64,000 nucleotides of DNA, taken from Acidimicrobiia bacterium. GTDB taxonomy: Bacteria > Actinomycetota > Acidimicrobiia > Spongiisociales > CAZKJJ01. The stretch is from assembly GCA_046759765.1 (NCBI GenBank), contig JBHICV010000001.1, forward strand, positions 125 through 64,124, read 5' to 3'. Below the pieces are notes generated by a model, which made no database searches, was not told the DNA's origin, and saw only the letters and a list, made by a program, of their open reading frames with translations. The first letter of the stretch is position 1, and every line of letters starts with the position of its first letter. Positions 17,107-27,672 of this stretch are shown in pieces. Made by a program: the position numbers and the translations under genes.

Positions 17107-20082
17107 GTGTCGGACAACGCGATCGGGCCGATGGACTGGACTCGGGCCGTTGCCGACACCGACGGTCAGCAGCTAGTTCTGGCCGGGCCGGGAGCAGGCA
17201 AAACCGAGTTCCTCGTCCGCCGCGTCGCCTTTTTGATCGAGGCCGACCTGGCCGAGCCAAGCGAGGTTCTCGTGCTGGCTTTTTCACGCCGGGCAGCCGC
17301 CGAATTGCGATCCCGGGTAGAGGACAAGCTCGGTCGGTCGACGCTCCAGATTCCGGCTTCGACTTTTCATTCGTTCGCCTATCGGCTGCTGGAGTTCGTC
17401 GGACCCCACAAGGTTGGTTGGTCGCGCCTGCCCAACATCCTCACCGGCCCGGAGCAGATCACGTTCGTCGGCTCATTGCTCGAGGGCGAGAGTCCCGAGG
17501 AATGGCCTCCGGCCTACCGCGGCCTGCTCGGCACCCGGACGCTGGCCGAGGAGGTCACCGAGTTCATCCTCCGGGCCAACGAGAGCCTCATCGACGAGTC
17601 ATCCTTACGGGAGCTCGCGGCCAACCGAGCCGACTGGAGGGTGCTTCCGGAGTTCTCGGTCCGCTACAGCAGGGCGTTGGAAGAGGAGCATCGAATTGAC
17701 TACGGAACGCTCCAGACGACCGCCGCTCGGCTGCTAGAGCAGCGCGACATACGGCGGGGCATCGCCGATGACTACCGCTATGTCCTCGTCGACGAGTACC
17801 AGGACACGACCCGGGCCCAGGCGCGCCTCCTTGAACTGGTCAGCACCGAGGGAAATCTCACTGTGGCCGCCGATCCCAACCAGTCGATCTATGGCTTCCG
17901 GGGGTCCCATCCGGAAAACGTCGACCGGTTCGCCGAGAAATACCCGGACACCAAGCGAATCTTCCTCGAACAATCGTTCCGAGTTCCCGAAACTATCCTC
18001 GCCGCCGCCGACAGGATCAGGTCGGCCTCGCCCGCGTTGGCAACGAACCTCGAAGTCCGGGCCGCTGCGCACTCGGGATCCGTGGAGGTTCGTGTCTTCG
18101 ATCAACACTCTCACGAAGCCGAATGGATCGCGTCCGAGGTGCACCGACTGCATCTTTTCGAGGAAATCCCGTTCAGCCGCATCGCGGTCCTCGTGCGCAC
18201 CAAACGCCGATTGCTCACCGAGCTGTCGAGAGCCTTGGCCCGCAGGGAAGTCCCCCATGACGAGCCGCAGTCGCGCCTTGCCGATACCGCCGCCGTCCGG
18301 GCCCTTCTGGATTGTTTGGAAGTATGCGACCTCGAAGCCAAGGCTGATCGTGCCTCCCACCCAGAGGCAGCGATTCTTCGCCAGTCGGCCGACGCGGCCA
18401 TGGCTCGCATCTTGCTCGGCCCGCTCTTCGAGACGCCGTTGGGGCTTCACCGGGATCTACTTCGGCAGCGGAGGAGTACCGGCGCCTCTTGGGCGGACGT
18501 TGTGGGGAAGTTGCTCCCCGATGGGCAGGGGCTCTCTGATCTTCTGTCCGACGACCGCTGGATAACTGCACCAGCGACCGAAGGCTTCTGGACTTGGTGG
18601 ACGAGGCTTCCGCAACTCGTCCCATTCGTCGAACGTGGCGACACCGCTGAGGATCGCGCGGCGTGGAGCTCACTGGCACAGGTTCTCGACCGCATCACGG
18701 AGCGCCAACCGGCGACCACGCTCCTCGACTATGCCCGGCTCGTCTCGGAGGAGGACTTCGAGGCAACACCGTTGCTCAGCTACCGAAAGGTCGACGAGGA
18801 CCGCGTCACTTTGGCCACGCTCCATCAGGCCAAGGGACTGCAGTTCGACGTCGTCTTTGTCGCCGACGCTGTCGAAGGCGTGTTCCCGGACCTACGTCGG
18901 GAGCGCTCGATACTGCAGTCTCACCTGCTGACAGAACAGACGCATACGGGAACCGAAGCGACGAAGGCGCGGCTGGCCGAGGAAATGCGGTTGGCCTATG
19001 TAGGCATGACGCGGGCCAGAAGAAGGGTGATCTGGACCGCGACAATGGCCGGCATCGAGGAGGGTTCGGCAAGACCCAGCCGATTCCTGCCGCTGGTGGC
19101 CGGGGTGGAAACCATTGCCGAGCTGTCCGGTCCTCAGTCCGCCGAGATCCCCCCCGTTACTCCCCGCGCGGCCGAAGCCGCCATGCGGCGCGCTCTGCGC
19201 GACCCTGCTGAGCCTTCTGCTAAGCGGCTCGCCGCGACTGCCGTCCTGGCCTCGTCGGTGGGGCTGCGCCCGCCGTTGGAGTTCGCGGGCGTCAGGCCTC
19301 CTGGACCCGACCGGGGTCTCACCGACGTCGATGTTCGCTTGTCACCGAGCCAGGCTGATCTGTACGAGCGATGCCCGCGCCGTTACGCGCTCTCCCGGCG
19401 GCTTCGCGTGGGTGAGGAGGAGAATGTATACGCTCGTTTCGGGTCTCTGATTCACGAGGTACTCGAGGCCGTCGAGCGGACCGCCATGGCACGCGGCGAC
19501 CAGCACGGATCGCTGGAGGAGGCGGTGGCCGAGCTGGATCGGAGGCTGCCCGACTACGAGTTCGGCTCGCCGGGTCCGACCCGAGCATGGCGCCGTCGAG
19601 GCATCGATTGTCTCGAGAGTCTGTACACGCAATGGCCCGACGGGCGCGCGAGGCCGATCTCCCTCGAACGGGAGCTCCGGCTCGAGCTGGAAGGTACCCG
19701 CTGGCTGGGCTTCGCCGACCGCATCGAGGAGCTCGAAGGCGGCGCCCGCCGGGTGGTTGACTACAAGACCAGCAAGCGCGTTCCGCCGGTCTCAGAGCTC
19801 GCACTCCAGCTCGGCTTCTACCTCCTTGCTTCGGCAGCTGATCAGGACCTCGGTCCCGACGTCACCGAAGCCCAGGCGTGGTACCCGCTCGGCGGCAAGA
19901 AAGTGACGGTGCGAGAGCTCCCGACCTCGGAGCTACCGGACATTCGAGCGAGGCTTGTTGCTATTGCCGACGGTATTAGGAGGGAGAACTGGCAGCCCCG
20001 TCCGCACGAGGGCTGCGAGCGCTGCCCAGTTCGGATCCTCTGCCCGGAGTGGCCTGAAGGACAGGAGGCATTCGTCAGATGA
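17107..20082 (+). CDS. UvrD-type helicase with C-terminal RecB-like nuclease (AdnA-like subunit)
   Basis: 991 aa with N-terminal Walker A AGPGAGKTEFLV, UvrD motifs (DEYQDT, TLHQAKGLQFDVVFV), the C-terminal PD-(D/E)XK motif VVDYKTSK and the Cys cluster CERCPVRILC. Stop overlaps the next start (ATGA). Confidence 0.7.
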   Translation: MSDNAIGPMDWTRAVADTDGQQLVLAGPGAGKTEFLVRRVAFLIEADLAEPSEVLVLAFSRRAAAELRSRVEDKLGRSTLQIPASTFHSFAYRLLEFVGPHKVGWSRLPNILTGPEQITFVGSLLEGESPEEWPPAYRGLLGTRTLAEEVTEFILRANESLIDESSLRELAANRADWRVLPEFSVRYSRALEEEHRIDYGTLQTTAARLLEQRDIRRGIADDYRYVLVDEYQDTTRAQARLLELVSTEGNLTVAADPNQSIYGFRGSHPENVDRFAEKYPDTKRIFLEQSFRVPETILAAADRIRSASPALATNLEVRAAAHSGSVEVRVFDQHSHEAEWIASEVHRLHLFEEIPFSRIAVLVRTKRRLLTELSRALARREVPHDEPQSRLADTAAVRALLDCLEVCDLEAKADRASHPEAAILRQSADAAMARILLGPLFETPLGLHRDLLRQRRSTGASWADVVGKLLPDGQGLSDLLSDDRWITAPATEGFWTWWTRLPQLVPFVERGDTAEDRAAWSSLAQVLDRITERQPATTLLDYARLVSEEDFEATPLLSYRKVDEDRVTLATLHQAKGLQFDVVFVADAVEGVFPDLRRERSILQSHLLTEQTHTGTEATKARLAEEMRLAYVGMTRARRRVIWTATMAGIEEGSARPSRFLPLVAGVETIAELSGPQSAEIPPVTPRAAEAAMRRALRDPAEPSAKRLAATAVLASSVGLRPPLEFAGVRPPGPDRGLTDVDVRLSPSQADLYERCPRRYALSRRLRVGEEENVYARFGSLIHEVLEAVERTAMARGDQHGSLEEAVAELDRRLPDYEFGSPGPTRAWRRRGIDCLESLYTQWPDGRARPISLERELRLELEGTRWLGFADRIEELEGGARRVVDYKTSKRVPPVSELALQLGFYLLASAADQDLGPDVTEAQAWYPLGGKKVTVRELPTSELPDIRARLVAIADGIRRENWQPRPHEGCERCPVRILCPEWPEGQEAFVR

Positions 20083-23000
20083 GGCCGACTGTGGAGCAGC
20101 AGGCGATTACGAGCTATCCCCTGGGGCCTCTTCGTGTGGAGGCCGGGGCGGGGACCGGCAAGACGACCACACTGGCTTGGCGAGTCGCAGATCTGGTCAA
20201 GCTGCACAACATTCCGCCCCAAGCAATCCTCGGTATCACGTTCACGAACAAGGCCGCCGAGGAGCTCGCCGACCGGATCCACTCGGAGCTCGGGTTGCAG
20301 CTGAGCCAAGAGGTCGAGGTGCATACCTATCACGGCTTCGCCAATCAGCTAGTACAGGAATTCGGTCCGCTACTAGGTATCGAGCGCAGCTTTTCCGTTA
20401 TCACCCCCACCTTCGCCCGTCAGCTATTGCTGGATCAGGTGGCGGTGGGTTCATTCGACGAGCTGGATCTCACCTTTCCGCGCGGGATCGTGGCCCGTCT
20501 CATCAAGCTCTCCTCGGAACTGAGTGATCACCTCCGGACCGCGGATGACCTGCTTTCGGCCTCAGCCCTCCGCTCGGAGATCCCCTGGCCCGCTCGGGCC
20601 GAGCTCGCGACCCTTCTCAAGAGGTACGAAGCCAGCAAACGCCGACTGGACCTCCTCGATTACGGCGATCTGATAAGAGTCGCCCACCACTTGGTTGCCG
20701 ACCATCCGGAAGTCGCTGATCGGGTGCGCAGCCGGTATCAAGCGGTGTTGTGTGACGAGTACCAGGACACGAATCCCGCCCAGCGCGAACTCTTGCGAGC
20801 ACTATTCGGAGCGGGGTTTCCTCTGACTGTGGTTGGCGATCCCAACCAAACGATCTACGAGTGGCGAGGAGCGACACAAGAGAACTTCGCGGCTTTCCCC
20901 GTGCACTTCCCGAGCGCCGACGGCACACCCAGTGACACCAAACCGCTGTCACTCAACCGCCGATCAGACAGGCGGATCATCAAGGTTGCCAACGCGGTCG
21001 CCGGGAAAATCGGCTCCACCTCCCGGCTACGCCCTCGTCCCGGCGCGGGGCCCGGCCACGTCGAGGCTCGTTGGTACTCGACCGCACTAGACGAGGCGCA
21101 CGGCATCGCGGAGGAGATCGGGCGGCTCCACTCCGAAGCGGCGACCCAATGGCGGGACGTGGCCGTTCTGTTTCGGAAGAACAAAGACATATCACTCGTG
21201 AGGGATGCGCTCTCGGACCATGACATTCCGGTCGAGGTTGCCAACCTCGGCGGATTGCTGGGCATCCCTGAGGTGGTCGAGCTTCACGCCTGGCTTCGAG
21301 TGATCCGAGATCCCCGCGATGGAGTGGCGTTGACTCGGATCCTCACGGGTACCCGCTTTCGGCTGGGCCTTGGCGACCTGCGACCACTGGCCTTCTGGGC
21401 GCGCCGCCGCGACGGCCGAGGTGATGAGCCTGAGCTCGATGCTCCCACCCACAGCCTGATAGAGGCGATCGAGAATGTGTCTGAGCTGGACATCAGAGAC
21501 GAAGCGAGAGCCCCGCTGGAGGACTTCCTTCGCATCTACCGGGGCCTTCTGGCTGATGCGCAGGCGGTCAGCCTGGTCGAGCTTTGTAGGAGGATCCTCG
21601 ACGCCATCTCAGCCTGGGACGAGATAGAAGCGATGCCGGACGCCGGGCGTCTGTCCGCCCGACTCAACCTCTATCGTTTTCTCGACCTGGCCGAGGACTG
21701 GAGCCCGCTCGAGGGACGGCCGAGCCTTTCGGCCTTCCTCGACCATCTGTAGCTGATGCAGGAGGAAGAGGCCGAGGATCTAGACGCGGCTCGCCTGTCG
21801 AATGAAGACGCGGTGGCTTTGCTGACTGTTCACCGAGCCAAGGGACTCGAATGGGACGTGGTCTTCGTACCGGCCCTGTATCGAGGCAACTTCCCTTCCT
21901 ACGCGCGCCTCCACGAGGACCCGTTCAGGTTCCCGCAGATCCTCCCGTACGAGCTGCGGCTCGACCGCGACAGCTTGCCGCCAATCACGGACACCATGTC
22001 CGAGCAGATGCGAAAGGAGGTTCTGGGAAAGGGCCAAACCACGCAGGAGTGGCGAACGGCATATGTGGCCGTCACGAGGGCCCGTTCCCGGCTATACGCC
22101 TCCGGTGCTTGGTGGGTCGGATCGCCCGCCCCACAAAAGAATCCGAGCCGCCAGAGCGATCTCTTCGAGCTCATCGCAGGCCACGCCGACAAGGTCGTTG
22201 TTGCCGAGAAGCCGGGCCCCAGGCCGAAGCGAATTCGGCGCGAGTCAAACGGCGGTGCCCCCGACCCGGTCTTCCCGGACGGCTGGCAGAGCGGCTTGCG
22301 AGCCACCCTTGCCGATCCGTCATGGCCGGCCGATAGGGCCGCGAAGCTGGGCGTAAGCGACCTCTTCGAGCAAGAGCGCCAGCAGCTGCTCGACGTGGTG
22401 GCTCAAGCTACCCAACCCGCAGAGGCTTCTCCGACCTCGGAGAAAGTTGAGACCTCGGCAACCGGACTGGTCACATACGCCACGTGCCCTCGTCGCTTCT
22501 ACTGGTCGGAGATCGACCGGCTCCCCCGCCGGTCAACCAAGGCGGCGAGACGAGGAACGCTGATCCACCGCCGCATCGAGCTCCACAACAGCGGGATGGT
22601 GCCCTTCGAGGAGTTGGAAGCCGACCTTTACGACCGCACCACAGACGAAGGGGTGAGTGGAGGCCGAGGTGATCCGTTCGAAGCCTTCATGGGGTCACGC
22701 TTTGCGGAAGTGCTACCCCGTTGGGTCGAGATACCGTTCGAGCTCCAGCTAGGACCCTCCACTCGGGTGCGGGGCCGGATCGACGCCATCTACACGAACG
22801 GAACCACCGAGGTTGTCGACTTCAAGACCGGCAAGGGACCGAGCAGCCGCGCGGCCCGAGTGCAGCTGGAGGCTTACGGGCTGGCTGTGGCCGAGACGGG
22901 CTTGGCCGAGCCGCCGTTCCAGTTGACGTTCGCCTTCCTCGGGCAGGGAGTCTCGGAGGAGTCCGAGCAAGCGGACACCGCGTGGCTCGGCAACGCCCGC

Positions 23001-23135
23001 AGTCATCTGACCAAGTTGACCGAGGCCATCCAAGCCCGCAACTACGACGCCACCCCCTCCTACAGCTGCCACTCCTGCGACTTCCTACGTTTTTGCGAGC
23101 CGGGCCGGGACTGGGTAGACCTGCACCCGAGCTGA
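20079..23135 (+). pseudogene. UvrD-type helicase-nuclease (AdnB-like subunit) interrupted by in-frame TAG at 21750-21752
   Basis: ORFs 20079..21752 and 21756..23135 are in the same frame. They carry GAGTGKTT Walker A, DEYQDTN, then after the TAG ...TVHRAKGLEWDVVFVP (motif V/VI), the C-terminal VVDFKTGK nuclease motif and CHSCDFLRFC cysteines. Together they would give about 1017 aa. Confidence 0.65.
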
Positions 23136-23156
23136 AGGACATAGGCTCTCTTGTTA

Positions 23157-23615
23157 CTACTCGGAAACCTTTCCGCCCTCCACGTCGATCACGAGCGTCA
23201 CTGGGCCGTCGTTGGTCAGGTCCACCCTCATCCGGGCGCCGAAAGAACCCGTCACAACATCGAGATCCTCGGCCTGTAGCCGATCCACCAACTCCAAGAT
23301 GAGCTCCTCGGCGGTCTCCGCGGGTGCCGCCCTGGTGAACGAAGGTCGCCGGCCCTTTCGTACGTCGCCGTACAGCGTGAACTGACTCACCACCAGAACG
23401 GAGCCGCCGACGTCGGAAACGGACAGATTCATCTTGTCGTCTTCGTCACCGAAAATCCGGAGCCCGGCCAGCTTTTGGGCCAAGACCTCAGCATCCCCGG
23501 AGTCATCGCCGTCGGTGACGCCGACCAGAACACACAGACCCGGACCGATTTCGGAGACCGTCTCTCCATCAACCGCTACGGACGCCCGGGAGACCCGCTG
23601 GACCACCGCGCGCAT
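23157..23615 (-). CDS. dtd: D-aminoacyl-tRNA deacylase
   Basis: 152 aa; MRAVVQRVSRASV...SQFTLYGD...GRRPSF matches Dtd signatures. Confidence 0.85.
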   Translation of the reverse strand: MRAVVQRVSRASVAVDGETVSEIGPGLCVLVGVTDGDDSGDAEVLAQKLAGLRIFGDEDDKMNLSVSDVGGSVLVVSQFTLYGDVRKGRRPSFTRAAPAETAEELILELVDRLQAEDLDVVTGSFGARMRVDLTNDGPVTLVIDVEGGKVSE

Positions 23616-24169
23616 CAGTTGTCGGACGGATCAAGCGGGTACGTGGAGTAAAGCGCCAGCTCGCCTTCCTGCCTCCGCAGTACTTGCCGCCAGAGCTCTT
23701 CGGGCTGTCGCGTGAAAGGGTCGGACTCTCTGCCATCGACCACGAACCAGGCCGGCTCATCGAGCTCGGCATCGAGCTGGCCGCTCCCCCAGCCCGCGTA
23801 CCCGGAGAAAATGCGGACCTCTGCGACCGGCCCGTACTTCTCCGGGTCGAGAGAGAGATCCAACAGACCGACGGAGTTCGTCACCGGCATCCAGGAAGGA
23901 TGGCCTACCTCGCCTTCGGCGCGGGCCATTCCTACGGCCACCTCGCGCTGTACGGGTCCGCCGATAAACACCAGCTCGGGATCACCAACGAGGCCGGCCC
24001 AGGCCGGCAAGGGCTCTCGTGCGTCGGCATCTGTGGGATGGTTGAGCACCACGCCCACCGTCCCATCCGGTCCGTGTTCGACCACCAAGACCACGCCCCG
24101 CACAAAGTTGGGATCCATCAGGTTTGGAGCCGCAACGAGGAGTCGACCGGGTTCCACGACGGTGTCCAT
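23615..24169 (-). CDS. YqgE/AlgH family protein (UPF0301)
   Basis: Internal start MDTVVEPGRLLVAAPNLMDPNFVRGVVLVVEHGPDGTVGVVLN gives about 184 aa, typical of DUF179. Its stop overlaps the dtd start (ATGA). The long N-terminal extension of the 303-aa ORF is rejected. Confidence 0.7.
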   Translation of the reverse strand: MDTVVEPGRLLVAAPNLMDPNFVRGVVLVVEHGPDGTVGVVLNHPTDADAREPLPAWAGLVGDPELVFIGGPVQREVAVGMARAEGEVGHPSWMPVTNSVGLLDLSLDPEKYGPVAEVRIFSGYAGWGSGQLDAELDEPAWFVVDGRESDPFTRQPEELWRQVLRRQEGELALYSTYPLDPSDN

Positions 24170-24221
24170 CCTCGGCGATGGTACTGAGCCTGCCCGTCGG
24201 GCAATGTGACAGAATCGCTCG

Positions 24222-26510
24222 ATGGAAGCCCGCGACCGGGATACCCAGCATCCGGAAGTCTTTCTCCTGGACGCCTCCAGTTCCTTCGAAAGAGACTTGC
24301 TGGCGCGCGAGGCGGAGCGCCGCCAGGGTGAGAGCGCCGCCGAGGCACTGACCATTGCCTCGTCCCGGCGGCGGAGAAAGCGAAGGCACCGGACCACGCA
24401 GCTGGAGGCTCGTGCCCGATCCGACGATAACCCCGCCTTTGTACCGCTCCGAGTCGTTTGGCTGGCCCCGGAGCGCCACGGCCGCCGGTCATTTCGAGTC
24501 AGCGACTTTCTTCGCTTCGGCGACATCCGCGACCCGGATCCCGTGCGTGCTCGCTGGCTTTATGCCCGGCGACCTGAGCTCGTTCGGATTGTGGACGGAG
24601 CATCCGCGACGGCAGCTGAGCTAAAAGACCGCTGGGCAGCCTCGGGCGAGCGCATTGCCCTGGGGGACTACGTCGAGCGGCAGGCCCACCTGGCTCTGGA
24701 ACGTGCCGAGCGTGAAGTTCGAGGGGCCAGGTACAAGGTGCCCAGGTTCATTCATGAGGAGGTTCTTGCCCAGCCGTCGCTGGCCGAGGAGCTGAGTCGG
24801 CTCGCCGAGGGCAACGACGTCGCCTCGGTCAGGAAGCAAGCCACCGGCTACCTGCGCGAGATCGCGGCTTTACCCAACACCTACGTGATCGACGTGGCAG
24901 TCAGCCTCGTCCGCTGGCTCTACCGACGCGGCTACCGGGACCTGCACTACAACGAAGAGGTCTTTGCCCAGCTCTCGCGCCTGGCCAGTGAGCACCCTCT
25001 GGTGTTCCTGCCGTCACACCAGTCGAACCTCGACCACCTGATCCTCTCCTATTTGCTGTGGGACAACGAGCTCCCTCCGAACCACACGGCAGGCGGGGTG
25101 AATTTGAGCTTCTTCCCGGTCGGGCCGCTGCTACGCCGCACCGGCGTGTTCTTCATTCGCAGGTCCTTCCGGGAGAACCCCGTCTACAAGGCAACGCTCC
25201 GGGCCTATCTCGACTATCTGATCGAGAAGCGGTTTCCCCTCGAGTGGTACCTCGAAGGAGGCCGGTCGAGGTCCGGCAAGCTGCGAGAACCTCGCTACGG
25301 GATGCTGTCCTATGTCGCCGACTCGTTGCGTCGGCGGCGCAGCGAAGATATCTACCTGGTTCCGGTCTCGATCGCCTATGACCAGATCCAGGACGTCGGG
25401 GCTCACGCCGCCGAGCAGCGAGGAGAGCCCAAGGAGAAAGAGAGCGCCTCCTGGCTCGTTCGGGCCGTACGTTCGCTCCACGGTCGGTTCGGCAGCATCT
25501 ATGTGCGATTCGGCGAACCACTGTCGATGGCCAAGGAGCTGTCCCGAGATCCAGACCCGGCCGATCGCGTCTTGGAGACCCAGAAGCTCGCCTTTGAGGT
25601 GATGGTCCAAATCCAGCGCGTCACCCCCATCACCGAGCCGGCGCTGGTGGTGTCGGCCTTGCTCTCGAACGGCACCCGGGCAAGGACGGCGGCGCAGCTG
25701 CAATCCGATGTGGCGGAGCTGGACACCTACGCTCGGATCCGCCAGCTGCCGTTGGCCCCATTTTTTGACCTCGGTGGATGGGAGCAGGTGGCCGGTGTGC
25801 TCGAGCTTCTCGCGGGCAGAGGGCTCATCGCGACGTTCAACGAGGGACCGGAGGCCGTTTACCGCATCCATCCGAAGCGTCACCACGAAGCCGCGTATTA
25901 CCGGAACACGATCGTCCATCACTTCGTCGCCGGCGCCGTTTCCGAGGTCGCGCTGCTGGCCGGATCGCATGCCGAAGGCGACCCAGAGGACAGGCTGCAG
26001 GAGGCCGTCCTAGCTTGGCGGGACCTGCTGAAGTTCGAGTTCTTCTTCCCGGAGAAGTCGGCCTTTTGGGAGGAGGTCCGAGCCGAGCTGGAGATCGGCA
26101 TGCCAGGCTGGGCGAACGCTATCGGCGAGGGAGGACGGGCAACGGAACAGTTGCTTTCGGACTCGGTACCAATACGCGCCCACTGGGTCCTGAGACCGTG
26201 GATCGATGGATACTTCGTCACTGCTACCAAGCTGACGCAGGAGAGGGCGGCTATCGACGAGGAGGCCTTCATCAGGAACTGCCTTGGTCTCGGGCGCCAA
26301 TACCTTCTGCAGGGTCGGATCGCCAGCCCGGAATCGGTATCGAGGGTTGTGTTCGAGGGAGCAATGATGTTGGCGGCGAACCGAGGTTTGCTGGACCGGG
26401 AGAAAGGACTCACGGATCGCCGCAAAGCGTTCGCCGACGAGGTCAATCGCGCTCAGGGACGCCTTCGGGTAATCGATGAGATTGCCCGCCGACAGAGAGC
26501 CGGCCTGTAG
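24222..26510 (+). CDS. plsB: Glycerol-3-phosphate acyltransferase (PlsB-like)
   Basis: 762 aa with the acyltransferase H(X)4D motif PSHQSNLDHLIL and PlsB-like length. Terminates with TAG. Confidence 0.75.
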   Translation: MEARDRDTQHPEVFLLDASSSFERDLLAREAERRQGESAAEALTIASSRRRRKRRHRTTQLEARARSDDNPAFVPLRVVWLAPERHGRRSFRVSDFLRFGDIRDPDPVRARWLYARRPELVRIVDGASATAAELKDRWAASGERIALGDYVERQAHLALERAEREVRGARYKVPRFIHEEVLAQPSLAEELSRLAEGNDVASVRKQATGYLREIAALPNTYVIDVAVSLVRWLYRRGYRDLHYNEEVFAQLSRLASEHPLVFLPSHQSNLDHLILSYLLWDNELPPNHTAGGVNLSFFPVGPLLRRTGVFFIRRSFRENPVYKATLRAYLDYLIEKRFPLEWYLEGGRSRSGKLREPRYGMLSYVADSLRRRRSEDIYLVPVSIAYDQIQDVGAHAAEQRGEPKEKESASWLVRAVRSLHGRFGSIYVRFGEPLSMAKELSRDPDPADRVLETQKLAFEVMVQIQRVTPITEPALVVSALLSNGTRARTAAQLQSDVAELDTYARIRQLPLAPFFDLGGWEQVAGVLELLAGRGLIATFNEGPEAVYRIHPKRHHEAAYYRNTIVHHFVAGAVSEVALLAGSHAEGDPEDRLQEAVLAWRDLLKFEFFFPEKSAFWEEVRAELEIGMPGWANAIGEGGRATEQLLSDSVPIRAHWVLRPWIDGYFVTATKLTQERAAIDEEAFIRNCLGLGRQYLLQGRIASPESVSRVVFEGAMMLAANRGLLDREKGLTDRRKAFADEVNRAQGRLRVIDEIARRQRAGL

Positions 26511-26511
26511 G

Positions 26512-27672
26512 TCAGACGGCGACGATTGCTCGACGCAAGCGCCAGGTAGCCGTGCCCAGTAGCGCACCGGCAAAGACGAGCAGCACTCCCAGCTGCGGAA
26601 GGATATCGGCGATGGTTCCGTCCCGTCGGACAAGCTCCGCGAACGCATCGTTGGCCCAGGCATGCGGCGTGAGGAACGCCAGCTTTTCGAGAGTGGGCGG
26701 GAACAGCTCGATTGGAACCATGGACCCACCTAATGCCGCCAGGATCAATCCCAAGAAGACGCCTAGGGCCCCTGCCTGCTGGTCGTTTCTCAGCGAGGAC
26801 CCCATGAGGATCGCCGCGCCGGTCCCGACGAGTGAGAAGCACACCAGTATCGCAAGCGTGCCCAAGGGATCGCCCCAGTTGACCCGGAAGATGAGGAAGG
26901 TCCCCACGACGATGTAGAGACCTTGCGTCAAGGCCACCACAAACCTCCCTGCCCCCTCACCGGCAACGATGCTTCCCGAGGGGGTAGGTGTGGCGAGCAT
27001 CCGGCGTGTCACGCCGAACTGCCGCGTCTGGATCAGTGCCGACGCACCAGTTAGCGAGGTCAGAAAGACGAAAAGGACGAGCTGCGAGCTCGCCCCGAGA
27101 TCGAACCGCCCGAGGAGAGCGAACTCCGCGAACTCCGACTCTCCCGCCGCTTGGACCTCAACTGGGATGGACGGAACAGCAGCCGCCACCCGCTCCGCGG
27201 TCTGCAATGAAACGTCGAACGGCGCCAACCCCAGCGTCGACGCGAATCGAGCAGAAGACAGCACGACGCTTTGGCTGCGAACCGCAGCTTCGATCGGCGC
27301 CCGCAGCAGTTGCGCGTCCGGCTGGGCCACAAACCCCACCGTTGCCGCCTGACCCGAAGCAAGCCTGGCGTCGTAGTCAGCAGGGATGAGCACTGCCGCC
27401 TCCGCCCGCCCGCGCTCCACCGCCTCGAGTGAGGCACTCTCAGAGGCCTGAACCACCACCAGCTGGGGAAGCTCGTCGAGCGAGCGAGTCAAGTCGGCTG
27501 CCAGCGGGCCACTCTTCGCGCCGCTCACCGCGACCGGGGACTCTCCGGTCCCTCCGAATGCCACGCCGATACCGAGCACGAGCAATAGGGGAAAGATGAA
27601 GACAAAGAAGATGTTGCCTCGCTCCCGCAGGAACCTGATCAGATTCACCGCGGCAATGTGGCGCGCTTTCAC
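26512..27672 (-). CDS. ABC-2 family transporter permease
   Basis: 386 aa with an N-terminal TM helix, a large extracytoplasmic loop and C-terminal 5-TM ABC-2 membrane domain. Confidence 0.7.
   Translation of the reverse strand: MKARHIAAVNLIRFLRERGNIFFVFIFPLLLVLGIGVAFGGTGESPVAVSGAKSGPLAADLTRSLDELPQLVVVQASESASLEAVERGRAEAAVLIPADYDARLASGQAATVGFVAQPDAQLLRAPIEAAVRSQSVVLSSARFASTLGLAPFDVSLQTAERVAAAVPSIPVEVQAAGESEFAEFALLGRFDLGASSQLVLFVFLTSLTGASALIQTRQFGVTRRMLATPTPSGSIVAGEGAGRFVVALTQGLYIVVGTFLIFRVNWGDPLGTLAILVCFSLVGTGAAILMGSSLRNDQQAGALGVFLGLILAALGGSMVPIELFPPTLEKLAFLTPHAWANDAFAELVRRDGTIADILPQLGVLLVFAGALLGTATWRLRRAIVAV

Noticed and set aside
17414-19804. Numerous 60-240-aa ORFs in alternative frames inside the 991-aa helicase gene (e.g. 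17734..18450, 17768..18565, 19319..19804)
   Set aside because: They are all embedded in a gene with continuous UvrD/RecB motifs. Their compositions (Arg/Pro/Ser-rich) are typical of out-of-frame GC-rich translation.
20079-23135. TAG reassigned as a sense codon (alternative genetic code) to explain the in-frame amber in the AdnB-like gene
   Set aside because: TAG terminates at least one clearly full-length gene in the same window (plsB ends at 26508-26510 with TAG), so a global reassignment is unlikely.
23615-24526. 303-aa version of the YqgE/AlgH gene
   Set aside because: The N-terminal 119 residues are low-complexity Arg/Ser-rich and overlap the plsB start region on the opposite strand. 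DUF179 proteins are about 185 aa and start near MDTVVEP.
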